This document shows, piece after piece, positions 13,767-26,034 of a DNA stretch of 64,000 nt (the first letter of the stretch is position 1; each line of letters begins with the position of its first letter). Where the stretch lies: positions 1-64,000 of the forward strand of contig NW_026856399.1 of the NCBI RefSeq assembly GCF_026571515.1, read 5' to 3'. The stretch is from Ruditapes philippinarum. Lineage: Eukaryota. The notes below the pieces were generated by a model. It was not told the origin of the DNA and made no database searches. It saw only the letters and a list, made by a program, of their open reading frames with translations. The translations under genes were made by a program, and so were the position numbers.

Positions 13767-16482
13767 TGGTCAATAAGTGTGTGTTGTGTGCTGTAGTAGC
13801 CTTGTTTATTATTTGTTTAAAGCGATGTCGTAACATAGTGTGGGTCAATGGATGTTCTAAATATTGAATGAGGTCAATGTTGAAGTCTCCTAGAACTATG
13901 CAGTTTTCTGTTGGTGAATTTTCCAAGACAAGGGTAAGCTTTTGAAGGAACAAGTTAATCGGCAATGACGGAGGTTTATATACAGAGTAGACAGACAGTT
14001 GTTTAGCTAAAAGTTTTACAGCAACACACTCGATTCCACATGCATCCGTGGGTATTCGTTCATAAGCAAAGTCTTGATGAATGAAGAGGGCTACACCACC
14101 TTTAACAGTTGACTGATTAGTGTCCAATGTATTCAGATGATTATTATTATAATGTCGACACTGTAATTCTACATTATAGGTCTGGAGGGGATTTCTGAAT
14201 GTAGAATTCTGGTTCATCCAGGTTTCTTGCAGGGCAATGATATCCATATGTTGAAGGAACAGATTGGAGGTAAATTCTTGAAGATGTGGTAGTAAGCCTT
14301 CGCAGTTGTGACTTGCAATATACATATGGTTGGTATGATCAAAACCTTGATCTGGTTCAAGAGAATTCCATCCTGGTAATGTGTTAGCCTCTGGCATATG
14401 AGACAATTTGTTTTGTATTGATGGGTCACAATATATTGCGTCAAGGTTGAAGTGGTCCTCTAAAAGGTGCAGACCAGAAGAAGATGTGACACGACTGAGA
14501 GCTACATAAGACATTCCAGGTTGAAAAGCTCCTTCCAGAGAAACAACTGCTGTTGATGTTGTAGCACCTTGTATTTTATGGCAAGTAACAGCCCATGCAA
14601 GCATGAAAGGGTATTGATGCCTTGTTATCTGAAATGGTTTAGTTTGGATTGTTTCAGTTTGTGGTCGTATAACAGTTGATGAACTGTGCACATGTGATGG
14701 AGGTCTGAGACGACTTCGTGAGTTAAAGCCAACTCTTTCTTCTTGAAACAAAACACATATAGCTTCAGGCAGTCCTAAAGGTGATGTCCCTGTTATGATT
14801 TCTGTGACAGCGCCCATCACACCATTAGTTAGTCCATCAGCTACGTCAATATTCATGGTGAGCATGACTCGAGTGCCACAACATAGGGACAGATATGCTG
14901 GTAAATTTGCCCTGTTAGACTGTACAGGCTCATTTCGTCTGTATGTTCGTTGAGTTCTGTTGTCATGACAGATATCAGCTGCTTCCAGAGTGTACAATGT
15001 TTCTGTGCTTGCTTTTTTCTCAAGCATAAAGTCATTGTGCTCTTTCAGTTGTTTATGTTTTGGAGCAATGTGAAGTGCATCTACTGGATAAGCAGGACTA
15101 GTTTTGCTTATTTTACGCTGCTCAAGGAACTTCTTGTCAGCAGCTGTCAATGGTTCATTCTTTATTCGAACTCTCAATCTGTTGAGCAGGTCAATAAAAT
15201 CCCTATCACCTTTCTGGCGCACAACTTCTGTCAATTCCCATATATGAAACATACTCCAAAGATCAGTGAGTGAAGAATTGCTGGAAAGCAGGGATTTCTT
15301 TGCGACAGGTGGAATTTGATAGAAATCTCCTACTGCCAAAATGGACACATTACCAAAGCAAGCAGTAGAGGAGAATGGCTGTTTTATTTGTTGCAGTCTA
15401 CAGTGTATAAGTTCAAGCAGGTCAGATGGAACCATAGAGATCTCATCTATGATCAGAAGCTGGAGATCTTGTAGTTTGGATCTAAGTGTGTTAGCAGCAT
15501 CCTCAGATAACACTTTCGACGAGGTCCTGTTTATAGAAAATGCCGAGTGAATTGTTTGGCCACGAATGTTGAAAGCAGCTGTGCCTGTATAGGACAGTAG
15601 CAAAACAACAGGCAAGTCAGGATTTCCACTTTGTCTAGTGAGGATTTTGTTTATTTCATGATAGATACATTTAATGGTAAATGATTTACCAGTACCTGCG
15701 CCGCCAGTTAGGAATATGTAAAAGGGTGCCACATTGTCAGTATTTCGTTTCAGATGAGCCCAGTGTTTGATGAAGTGGAAAATTTGAGCTTGCTGCTGGT
15801 TCATGTTTCTTAGTCTGTTCTTTTGCTCAAGGTGATCATTTGAAGAGATGACTTGGCTGGGAGTTGTGTAATGGGAAGAGGTGACAGGTTGCTGGTTAGG
15901 GGAAAAGTCTGGTATGTCTTCCGGTGGAATTTCTTCAGCTTGTTCTTTAAACAGCTGTAATGCAATACGAAGTTCTTCTTCATCTTCCTGTCTCATTGGC
16001 TCCTGGTTTGGAGCTACATCAGCCCAGGCATCCTCTCCATATCCGTGCTGTTGTAGATCTCTCCAAGCTTCATCTAGATCTGTAGTGAGCTTCTCAAATT
16101 GGGATATGGTAGGTAAAATGACAGCGGAGTGCTGATTAAACATGTGCTCAAAAGATTCTGCATCAGTCAGTTGTAGGTCCTTGCAACGATGAGGAAAGTA
16201 CATTCTGATGAGGTTGTGATAATAATCTTCAGAGTTTTTTTCTTTGTTTACTCTCATGTACCTTACAACAGCTGGTTTGCTCCTTTTCATAATGGTTCCC
16301 AAGCCATTCAGAAGTGTGTAGTGTTTCATGTCTGTATTATCAATAGATTCTTCTTGTACATCATCAACATTAATGGGGCGTCTACTGGTAATAGTGTAGT
16401 CTCGGGCAAATACTGCTAAGGACATCTGTTCAAACTCATCAGTGGTTGGTCTTGCAAGATACCGATCTAGAAGACTAGTCAT
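13679..16482 (-). CDS. PIF1-family SF1B helicase fused to an apurinic/EEP endonuclease (C-terminal part of RepHel)
   Basis: Helicase motifs GGAGTGKS, IIDEISMV, GDFYQIPPV, LAWAVTCHKIQG, YVALSRV. EEP motifs HNCEGL, LQETW, GGVA, VYKPP, GDFNID, and, after a +2 slip in an (AC)n run, LIDHIY...SYH, stop at 13679. Confidence 0.93.
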
Positions 16483-19400
16483 CCAGACATCAGTATCGTC
16501 ATCGTTCTTTAGGACATGGAGAGGTTTAGTAATCTTAGCGGAACGTCTATCAGCGGGCCAAAGACAACTTTGGGGAAAGACGCTTCGGCAACCAGTGACC
16601 TGTACACATTATGAAAAAAATTTCGTAATTAAAAAAACTTTTCCCAACTCCTAAGTTGCTGCAAGTTCCAAATGTCCTTTTTTCTGTTTTTCTGGGGCTT
16701 TTCTTAAAAAAATACCAAAGTTCCCCTTTTCTGCTTTCTAATTAACTAATTTAAATTAATGATACAACGTAGGCTCTAGGAAGGCGATGTTTTTGTTCCA
16801 TTCCGGGCTCTTAAAAGGGGGTTTGTATGGATTGACCAGCTTCTTTTCATCTTTTTTATAGATGCAGTTTTTTTTTTGCTAAGCACAATGGCTGCTTCAT
16901 TGAGCTTGGGTTATATTAAAGAGACTAAAAAGATTTTCGCCTCGGTCATCACTACTTCTTCTTCCTTTTCCTGGCATGTTTTTATGGCATCGGAGACAGC
17001 AGACAACAGGTCAACAGCAGCTTTTTTATATTCTGCTTGCGAAACATTTTCTGGTGGCTCTTTAGGGGTAGCAATAAAAGTATGTAAACATATTGGACGC
17101 GGAAAGCCAAACCTACAGTCTCTGTTTCCCTTTTTGCATGTCCTTGAATGACCTTTGGAATGCATTTGGACATTTTTGACAATGTCATACAATTCGGGAT
17201 TGACGTGTTCGTCTGGAAGGCTACAAGTAATGTACTTGTCAATGTATTTAACGAAATCCTCATTGCTGTCAGCATCTGCATTGAAAGCTGGTGCATCAGA
17301 ACACCAAAACAGACAATGAACGTGGGGCCAGCCACGACTCTGGAACTCTGTTCGGTAAAAGAAGTCTTCAACCTGTCCAATTGGATGTGCAGAAGATAGT
17401 ATAAGGTCTGTTATAAAAGTGAGCACCCGATGTTGGAACATGCGACAGGCAGTTACAGGATTAGAGTTTATTATCTGTGTGTAGGAAGACCAATCCAAAT
17501 CTGTAGGTACAGATTTTCCAAGCTGTGTGCAAATGGCTGTGACTATCTCAGGCCAGCGTCTATCAGCTGCAGAGAAGCTACAGAACCATGTGGGAATTCC
17601 TAATTGTTTGACCATAGCGAACATGTCTTTCAAAGTTTTTTCCCAGTATGGCGGTGAGCCTCGAGCTGTTGAAAGGAAATGGTAGCCCTTATCTGAAGAC
17701 AGGATTTGTTGCCGTCTGTGAGGATTTTTGAGTTCTGTTGCTGTAATATGATCCTGATCAAACACTCCACTGGAACCTTTACGCATAGCTATTGACACAG
17801 AACTGTTAATTGTATTCAGTTCTGATATGTACTGGCTGTAAAAAATATACTGAGGATCACTTGCAAATCGTAAATCAGCACTAAACAACTGCCTGTTAAA
17901 GTATCTATTCAGTCCAAGCTTAACATTTCTCTTTTGGCTGAATGTGTTCTTGCCTGTGGGAAATAAGTAAGGAAATGCCCGAGATTCCATGTCAAACACA
18001 GTTCCTGGCCTAGAACCCTGGCCCGGGGCAATACAAAAAACAGAGTCTGGAAGATCTTGGGTGCCAGCAACTTGTGTCAAGTCTTCTGGTTGGAGACAGG
18101 AGACCATAGGAGCAGATGTCTCATGCAGGTCTTGATCAGTGTCATCAACATCTGAAATATAGAGTGCGGTATAAGTACATGTACTACAAGAAACTTTGCA
18201 AGAAAGAGCGCATAAAGCCCCAGCTACTAACTATATGGCATGGATGTGTACAGAGTGTTTAAAGACAACATAAGACTTTTATGGAGAAAGTTTGATAAAG
18301 GATTTTTAGTTTAGATATATCTAATTGTCAGAATACGTGAACAATAATTTCAATAACATTTTATACAAAAAATTACAAATGTATATTAGAAGAAAATTAC
18401 TGGAATTTTAAGAATTTTATAGTGTGCTTATACAGGTTAAACTGGAACAGGGAGTGATATTACAAGCTATTATATGGCAACTTTTCTAAATGTAATGCAG
18501 TGGGGGTCATATTTCTTTCTAGAACTGAGAATTGGAGTTTGAAGATTGGATGATAAGATTATTGAATAGGGATACCTTCACTTGTGCTGGCCAGGTCAGG
18601 ATGATCAGTGGAAATAGAAGACACAACATCACTTGTGCTGGCTTGGTCCGGTTGATCAGTGGAAATAGCAGACACTCCATCACTTGTGCTGGCCAGGTCA
18701 GGATGATCAGTGACAGGACAATGTTGATGAATATTAGGTACAGCCGGAACTACACATGGTTCACGAAAAGCTGAAAAGTAGAATGAGTATGGGAGAATTA
18801 AGTTACTGAAGGCTGAATCAATTGTCTTAGCAGTTCCTTAAAGTAAGATAAATAGTATAATAAGTATTTTATTATTTTATTGTGTGGTTGGGCTTATGCT
18901 TACACCAACACGTTTTTGGATCATACATCGTATATATTCCAGCTGTCGTGGTAGAGAAAGACTCATGGTGCTCCTTCAGACATATTTCATCACGAATTGG
19001 TATCTGGGAAGAACCACCAACCTTCCGTAAGTTAGCTGAATAGCTTCCTAACATAATGGCTTCTACAAGTATTATTTTTCTAAATTAAGTGTACAATAAA
19101 TTCAGAGGGTAATCTGTTTTTCAACTCATTGAGATTGACTGAGTGAGCAAAAAAGGTTTCTGTTTAGAATTGTACTACATGTACTAGTATGTGTTTGAGA
19201 GGAAACAACTATTGTGAAGACAGAGATTATCTGTAATTAAAATTTACTTACAATATTCAGATTTATCTAATATGTTCGTAGGCTGCTCATTAACTGAAAG
19301 ATTTTCAACAACTGGAAGGGTGTCATCAGATGCAAATATCTGTTCAGTTGTGGAAGTGACATTGTCCAAATTGATATCAATTGCTGAAATGAAGACCAGA

Positions 19401-22400
19401 AACATATGAAACAAACCAGCAAAAAAAACCCTAAATATAGCCGTTATTATCAAATATTAATTATGACAATTATTGTCTACATATCAAAAAGGTAAAAGTG
19501 TTTACATTTTGAAGTTTTGACTAATAAGGCAATTACATACATGAGGCAGAAATACAAGTCTACTGAAGATGGCATTGTTCACTTTTCTCAGTGAAGCGTA
19601 GTAAGATAAAAAGTAGATTTGCAAAGGGGACATGATTATAAAATAGTGTTTCTTTTATTATCTGTTCTTTGGAAAAATTTCACTTATGCTAACGAATAAG
19701 CATAAGATGTTTTAAAGCCATACTTTTGACCGTGTTAATGTTAACGATCATAAACATAAATCTAATTAATATGGTTAAGTCAATGGGTTAAGCAAAAAAG
19801 GTCAAGGAATAATTAAGCAAAGTTCACTTTATGACCCAGCAGAAAATAAGTACCTGTGAAATGTGGACTTTTCCTCTTGAGAAACAACAACGCTTCATGG
19901 ATCTTTTGAAGAGTAACTTGTTGGAAAAGGTGATGACCCCTGTACTGTAACTTGCGTTTCAGCTTCACAGCGATGATTGTTTCACTGTTAAATGATCGAG
20001 GCAGTGTTTCAACAGTTGTAGAAATGTTAGCCGGTACACAAACCACAGGTCCATGTATTCCTTTCTGACTACCTTTAGGAAGTGACACTATTTTCATAAA
20101 CGGAATGACTGGTGACACTAAATGTTTTTCTAGATTATTCAATGTTTTTAAGCAGTCCGGCTGTTCATCAAAGTTTAAATGATTGAGAGAAGCTTGACTT
20201 GGGATTTTTTTCTTCAAGAGATGTTGGTTACATGTAAAACAAATCCATTTTGGACACAGCTTGCAATCGTCATCACATGTTGTCTCAGGTTTATGCATAT
20301 TGTTCACTATAATACATCGTAGAATAAGTTCTTTATCTGGGAATTTAAGTAAATTACAATGTTTTACTTGTTTGCGGAAAAGGAGACGATAGCAGACACA
20401 ACAGGTAAAAACTGGCATCTCTGAACATTTGCTTTTGAACTGCAGGATAGCTTGGTCAGCTGATGTCACTGTTCTTTTTTTCTGTTTGGACGCACTATCT
20501 ATTACGTTCAGTTGCAGCCGTTTAACAGGATCTGCCCTAGATTTCCGTTTTGATTCACTATCTATTACGTTCAGTTGCAGCCGTTTAACAGGATCTGCCC
20601 TAGATTTCCGTTTTGATTCACTATCTATTACGTTCAGTTGCAGCCGTTTAACAGGATCTGCCCTAGATTTCCGTTTCAATGAACTATTGGTTAAGTTTAT
20701 TTGCAACCGTTTAACAGGATCTGCCCTAGATTTCCGTTTTGATTTACTATCTATTGAGTTCAGTTTCTGATGTTTAACAGGATCTGCCCTAGATTTCTGT
20801 TTCGAATCACTATCTAGTAAGTTCAGTTTCTGACGTTTAACAGGATCTGCCCTAGATTTCCGTTTCGAATCACTATCTATTACGTTCAGTTTCTGACGTT
20901 TAACAGGATCTGCCCTAGATTTCCGTTTCAATGCACTATTGGTTGAGTTCATTTGCAACCTTTTAACAGGATCTGCCCTAGATTTCCGTTTCGATTCACT
21001 ATCTAGTAAGTTCAGTTTCTGACGTTTAACAGCATCTGCCCTAGATTTCCGATTCACTATCTATTGAGATGAGTCTCTGACGTTTCACAGGATCTGCTCT
21101 ACACTTTTGTTTCGATTTTCTATATATTAGTTTTTGCTTGTCATATGTATCATTATCAGTTCTAGATATTTGAGATACGTTATTACTAATGTTTGAAAGT
21201 TTAACAGCATCTCTATTTTGCTGATCATCCAAGTATGTTTCAATCCAATCAAAGGAATTTGCAGGGTGTTTTGCAGGAAACCCAAAAATTTTTTGAGAAA
21301 ATCGAAAAAAAAGTTGTTTTAAATCTGTCTGGGCCATTTTTTAAATCATTAAAAGAAAATTCCTTGGGGCGTTTCCTAAAAAATGTTAAACAAAAGGGTA
21401 TTCCATTAACCACAGAGTGGTTATACCTTTTGGGGGTTTCACTTGCATATATAACGTGGCTTACAATTTCCTCTGTGAATATATATTTCAGTTGATCTAT
21501 CACTTCTTGAAGATGTGTATCTGATCGCAAAGAGTCAAAAACAAAGAGTTCTTTAGTACTTGTTTTGTAATATGAGCAAACCCAGTGTCTTGTCAATGGA
21601 TGTATATTTATGATGTCTTTATCAAGATGTGGTTGTGGCAAAACAATAGCTCCAGTGCCTGCAAGATGTAATTCGGCTGGTGTATACTGACCCACAGAAC
21701 AGTTTGTATCACTGGTTGCATGCATCTGCATGAGGATTAATGAAGCAGAGACAATATCATCCGGAATTTCAGTACTGGAGTCACCAATCAAGTTTGTCAA
21801 TGCTTCTGGACTGAACAGAACTGGGGCAAATCTCTGAAATATTAACACACATGTTACTTAACTGAAAACAGGATATGCTAGTATGACAATAAAGGGATTG
21901 AGCATATTAAAGTCGATAAAGTGACACTTTCTTTGATAAAACCCGCCCAAAGTATTCTATTTTTCCGTTTTATAAATTTCATACAGACGATATTTCAGCT
22001 ACGTTACCTAAAGAACGGTATTTCATTGAAAAATATATGCCAACTTTAAACAAATATTGATGACATTATAAAGCAAATATCATGACGTAATATTGACGTT
22101 GCGTACACATATGTACACAGAATTGCGATGTTGCTTAGTTACTTCACATATTTTGACACCATATTGTTATTATATTATTTGCCCTGATAATAAAGAAACC
22201 GGTCGCCAAAATGATCTCTTGATGTTAATTTTTCCTTTTAATATATATATGTATGTATATTTCTATCATTTAATGTTAATGGAGTATCACCTGTACTTCA
22301 ACAACTGCAGAGAAGTCAGTGCTCTCAGATGACAGTTGTGATGTGCTGGGCTCTGGAGATACAGGTAGTTTGCTGTTGCATGTTGTGGTAATACCAGTCT

Positions 22401-22717
22401 CTTGTAGAGTAACACTCTGGTGTGGGTATTGTACCTGTAAATGCAAACAAAAAACTAATAGTGAAGATACACATTACAACATATTACAAGGGGGTAACTA
22501 GTTAACCGTCGGTGATGGTACATTTATATAAGTAATAAATAAAATTGCTTATTCATATAATTAATCTAAAAATTGCTTTTACAAACAAAATTTGCCAAAA
22601 AAAACAATAAGCCGACAATAGCAGTGAGATGGATGACATAAAATTTACCTTTTTACGTTTCCTCAACTTGTCTGCAGCCTGCTGTTGTTTAATAGATTTT
22701 TTCTTCGTTTTTGGCAT
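13679..22717 (-). CDS. Spliced Helentron RepHel-endonuclease polyprotein gene (6 exons; frameshifts present)
   Basis: Phase-compatible GT-AG exons: 22717-22649 (MPKTKKKSIKQQQAADKLRKRKK), 22434-22291, 21833-19854, 19383-19252, 18770-18576, 18151-13679. Frameshifts at ~21250-21430, ~21050, ~16500-16950 and ~13780. Confidence 0.8.
16911..18151 (-). CDS. Helitron Rep (HUH rolling-circle endonuclease) domain
   Basis: FPYLFPTG, YFNRQLFSADLRFASDPQYIF, RGSPPYW..DMFAMVKQLGIPTWFCSFSAAD (motif 1), EFQSRGWPHVH (HUH motif 2), CRFGFPRP. Confidence 0.93.
18576..18730 (-). repeat. Coding 51-bp (17-aa) tandem repeat in a RepHel exon
   Basis: TDHPDLASTSDGVSAIS / TDQPDQASTSDVVSSIS / TDHPDLASTSE. Confidence 0.8.
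18890..19050 (-). mobile_element. Partial SINE (same family as 35541-35815) within a Helentron intron
   Basis: AGAACCACCAACCTTCCGTAAGTTAGCTGAATAGCTTCCTAACAT matches the SINE core at 35676-35720. Confidence 0.6.
20475..21115 (-). repeat. Coding 63-bp (21-aa) tandem repeat, ~10 copies, in the RepHel N-terminal region
   Basis: Unit KRKSRADPVKRLQLNVIDSES; DNA period 63 (e.g. TTTAACAGGATCTGCCCTAG at 20521, 20584, 20648). Confidence 0.95.
21380..21833 (-). CDS. Ulp1/C48-like cysteine protease-like domain at the start of RepHel exon 3
   Basis: IINIH...HWVCSYY...LFVFDSL followed by TPK..., where the QxNxxDCG motif is expected; that segment falls in corrupted sequence. Confidence 0.55.
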
Positions 22718-23148
22718 TTTTACAGCTCATCTACTGCCTGCATATAAATGTTATTTAATCAATGTACATATGCCACAGAGTCAAATAGAATTTATGGTAA
22801 GGCTAAGTATAAATGCAGAATAGTTCTTACAATACTATCAGAAACTAGCTGCAAAATGTGTTTAAGACTTTGATGATGATTCTGTTAACAATATGTGAAT
22901 AAAAATGGCAATAAGTTTTAATGTTTTGTTGTGGAGAGCACATAAGATAATATTAAAATTACATTAAGAAAAAGTTGTTTATTTTATATCAAAAATGCAG
23001 TCAAAGTCTTGTAGAAAACTCGCCTTATATGTGCTTAAGCTCTCCCTTTGTTCTTCTTATGTGTGGCTATATATTTAAATATATCTTCTTGTAACAACCT
23101 AAAATGTATTTATTTCCAATATAAATATATACAAATAAATGGGCTTTA

Positions 23149-23149
<1 letters not shown>

Positions 23150-23202
<53 letters not shown>

Positions 23203-23240
23203 TAATAATAAATTATTATTATAATTATTAATAATAATCA
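23150..23240. repeat. (AAT)n microsatellite switching to (ATT)n
   Basis: Direct reading. Confidence 0.95.
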
Positions 23241-23557
23241 TGGGTATAACTAACATGTACATGTACTTGCATTATTGACTAAGTAAGGAGAAATGATTTT
23301 CATTGTGCCTAAATTTGACCCACCATTTCGAAATCATGTAGGTTGAATTTAAAGCTCTGAGTCAGTGTTTAATCTTGTATATCACATGGTAGTATTAGAA
23401 GTATCTGATAACACTTTTTATAAATATAAAACCAATGTCACTGAGAGTACATTATTGTAGTTGCTGAGACATTTAAATCTTGGGAGAAATTTTATGTTGT
23501 CGTTATAAAACAGTTTTCATTTTATTTCGGTTAAAATTTAGGCAAACATTTTTCACC

Positions 23558-23891
23558 ATGTTTGCGATAAGGATTGCTTTCTTACTGTATTTAATTGTGC
23601 ATTTAAGTACGTGCCTTAAGAGAACAGACGAAACTGTTGATTATTTCAAATTGATTCAGCACGCGCAAAGAACTAGTGAGGCGTCGAGGAAATATTCTCT
23701 CGAGGAGAACGAGCTTCCAATTGAACATTTACAAGTGACGAACAGTTACGAAAAAGTGTTAGCACGTGCGGAAGAGATTCAGGTGTCCGGGTTTGAAGAC
23801 GTAGGCCCTTATGATGTTAGCAGTGTATGTTTAAACCATACAAAATTATTAATTGATGCATTGATACGACGAGAGACTTGGGCATGGAGAA
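23558..23891 (+). CDS. nrf-6: NRF-6-like first coding exon (signal peptide + start of NRF domain)
   Basis: CACCATG start; hydrophobic signal MFAIRIAFLLYLIVHLSTC; VSSVCLNHT..W-A-W-R; donor A|GTAAGT (phase 1). Joining it to the exon at 12210 gives WAWR-M-IDAMGK, the conserved NRF motif. Confidence 0.8.
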
Positions 23892-24608
23892 GTAAGTATT
23901 TTATGGCTGCTTTAATATATTTTTCTTTGCATTTTTAAAAATAATATAAAAAAGAAATAGAAAAGAAACGGTCGCTAGTTTACTGTGTCAATATCTCTAT
24001 TTACATTTACACTCATTTGGATTGCTGTATTACTAAAAATGAAAGATCTAGTTCTTCAACTCTACAAATTTGAATAATCAGTAGGGTTTTGCGTGATTGA
24101 GAACGATCAGTATAAAAGTCGGTTGTAAATCGAAGTTCGAATTATCAGGAGTGAATTGCTGAGTGTAACAAAAAATAACACAATAAATCTGTGGTACACT
24201 CGCTGACCTATCTTCGTATGGGTTTTGAATTACATAGAAAATCACGATTTAAACCCTGTTTAAAGTTAACCGACTAAAAAAATGGTTGAAAAAGGATCAA
24301 TGATTTATGTTTTACATATTTGCTCAGCATACTTCAGATATATATCTAACATTATTTATATATAGCAACGCCATGAACGATATCAAAGTAAACATTACAA
24401 AGTAAACATTAGAGTTGAAAATGTAGTGACACTGTTTATCACTGAAAGGGGAGGTAATGTTCACAGGAGAAGCGTTATTTTCAGTTTATTTTAATAATTT
24501 TGTCTCCCTTTTAGGCACTTTGTCTACCATAAACGAGCCCCGTGGATAACAACAGACATTCTAAAGTACTTTTTGTGTAATTTAAAGTCAATAATTTATG
24601 TGATTAAT

Positions 24609-25250
24609 TATGTCTCCCCCACCTCGGGGGGAGACATATTGTTTTTCCGGATGATAACTAGAGTTCCTTTAGACCTACAGACCTCAAACTTCATAGGATG
24701 ATTGGTCTTATTGAGCTGATGATCCCTATTGTTTTTGGGGTCAGTAGTTCAAAGGTCAAGGTCACACTGACCGTTGGTCAATTTCTCGTTTCCGGATGAT
24801 AACTAGAGTTCCTTTTGACCTACAGCCCTCAAACTTCATAGGATGATTGGTCTTATAGAGCAGATGATCCCTATTGTTTTTGGGGTCAGTAGGTCAAAGG
24901 TCAAGGTCACAGTGACCGTTGGTCAATTTCTCATTTCCGGATGATAACTAGAGTTCCTTTTGACCTACAACCCTCAAACTTCATAGGATGATTGGTCTTA
25001 TTAATCAAATGATCCCTATTGTTTTAATGGTCAGTAGGTCAAAGGTCAAGGTCACAGCGACCGTTGGTTAATTTTCTCCTTTCCGGATGATAACTAGAGT
25101 TCCTTTAGACCTACAACCCTCAAACTTCATAGGATGATTGGTCTTATTGAGCAGATGATCCCTCTTGTTTATGGGGTCAGTAGGTCAAAGGTTAAGGTCA
25201 CAGTGACCATTGGTCATTTTCTCATTTCCGGATGATAACTAGAGTTCTTA
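24609..25250 (+). mobile_element. Helentron/HINE 5' end with 145-bp satellite-like core repeats
   Basis: TT-ATGTCTCCCCCAC..GGGGGGAGACAT subTIR/inverted repeat, then 4.1 units of 145-146 bp (starts 24647, 24792, 24937, 25083, 25228) containing GGTCAAAGGTCAAGGTCAC. Confidence 0.85.
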
Positions 25251-26034
25251 TCAGTGAGGACATTTAACTATTATTGATATATCAGTGATATATCAGTTGT
25301 CTGGTTTTATATACTCTGTTCTTTTTTGATCTTTCCACCCTTATGCGGTCATTTCTTCCCCGCTGCGCGTTCAATGCTACATGGTCACAGCAAGGTGTAT
25401 TACACGCATTGTTTTGTTTGCTGATGATAACTACAAATTCCTACTAGCGAGTGAGTTTTCATGCAATATGTAAGTATATAGTATATCACTTTCTATTCTT
25501 GTTAACTATTACTAATAGTATACATACATGCATGGCACCATTCAGACTATGTACATATTTATTGGTATTGCGTTACAACTTAAAAACTGTCAGTATTGGA
25601 CTATTAGTTATTGTGGTTTAAATAATCAACATCAAATCTATTACTTTATGTACTGCTTTCACTTATAAGTTATGTGATTTACATGTACATGGTTTGAAAA
25701 AGGGAAGGAATAAAAAGTTACAGTTCTATTCCCATTATTCCTTCTTAGGTTCGCCTCCTAGTGGTGGTGCCGGGCGTCACTACATCTGCATGTTCACTCT
25801 CATATAGTGTAGAATTGTGTGTTTTAACAGTACCTTATGCGCATTATTGTATAAATGTACTTTTTCCTTCAAATAAAGTTACTTGATATTTTTCCTTTCC
25901 CTCAGAAAGGGCCATTTCATTTTGCAGCGCTACATGCTGCTATTACCACATTTTATAGCAGATATAGTGATGGCAAAAGAACCTGTTTGTTCAACTCATT
26001 GCATGAAACCTTGTTATCAAATAATCCAGTTTAC

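Larger units (their letters stand above)
12958..23100 (-). mobile_element. Autonomous-type Helentron (Helitron2) body and 3' end
   Basis: The 3' terminus on the - strand reads GGGGGAGACAT-GCGCTTTTTTACAAAAGC(hairpin)-ATCCTCTAG|TTT, ending at 12958. Contains the Rep/helicase/endonuclease gene. Appears CpG-poor relative to the flanks. Upper boundary is approximate. Confidence 0.85.

Noticed and set aside
14950-17399. Multiple + strand ORFs opposite RepHel
   Set aside because: Antisense shadows of a long coding frame; no independent motifs.
20475-21115. CRISPR-like array (also 24647-25250, 26035-26265, 50580-51400)
   Set aside because: Head-to-tail tandem repeats without unique spacers, no cas genes, eukaryotic context.
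21907-22240. Possible TTAA-flanked MITE in a Helentron intron
   Set aside because: A CpG-richer patch is visible, but convincing TIRs could not be aligned.
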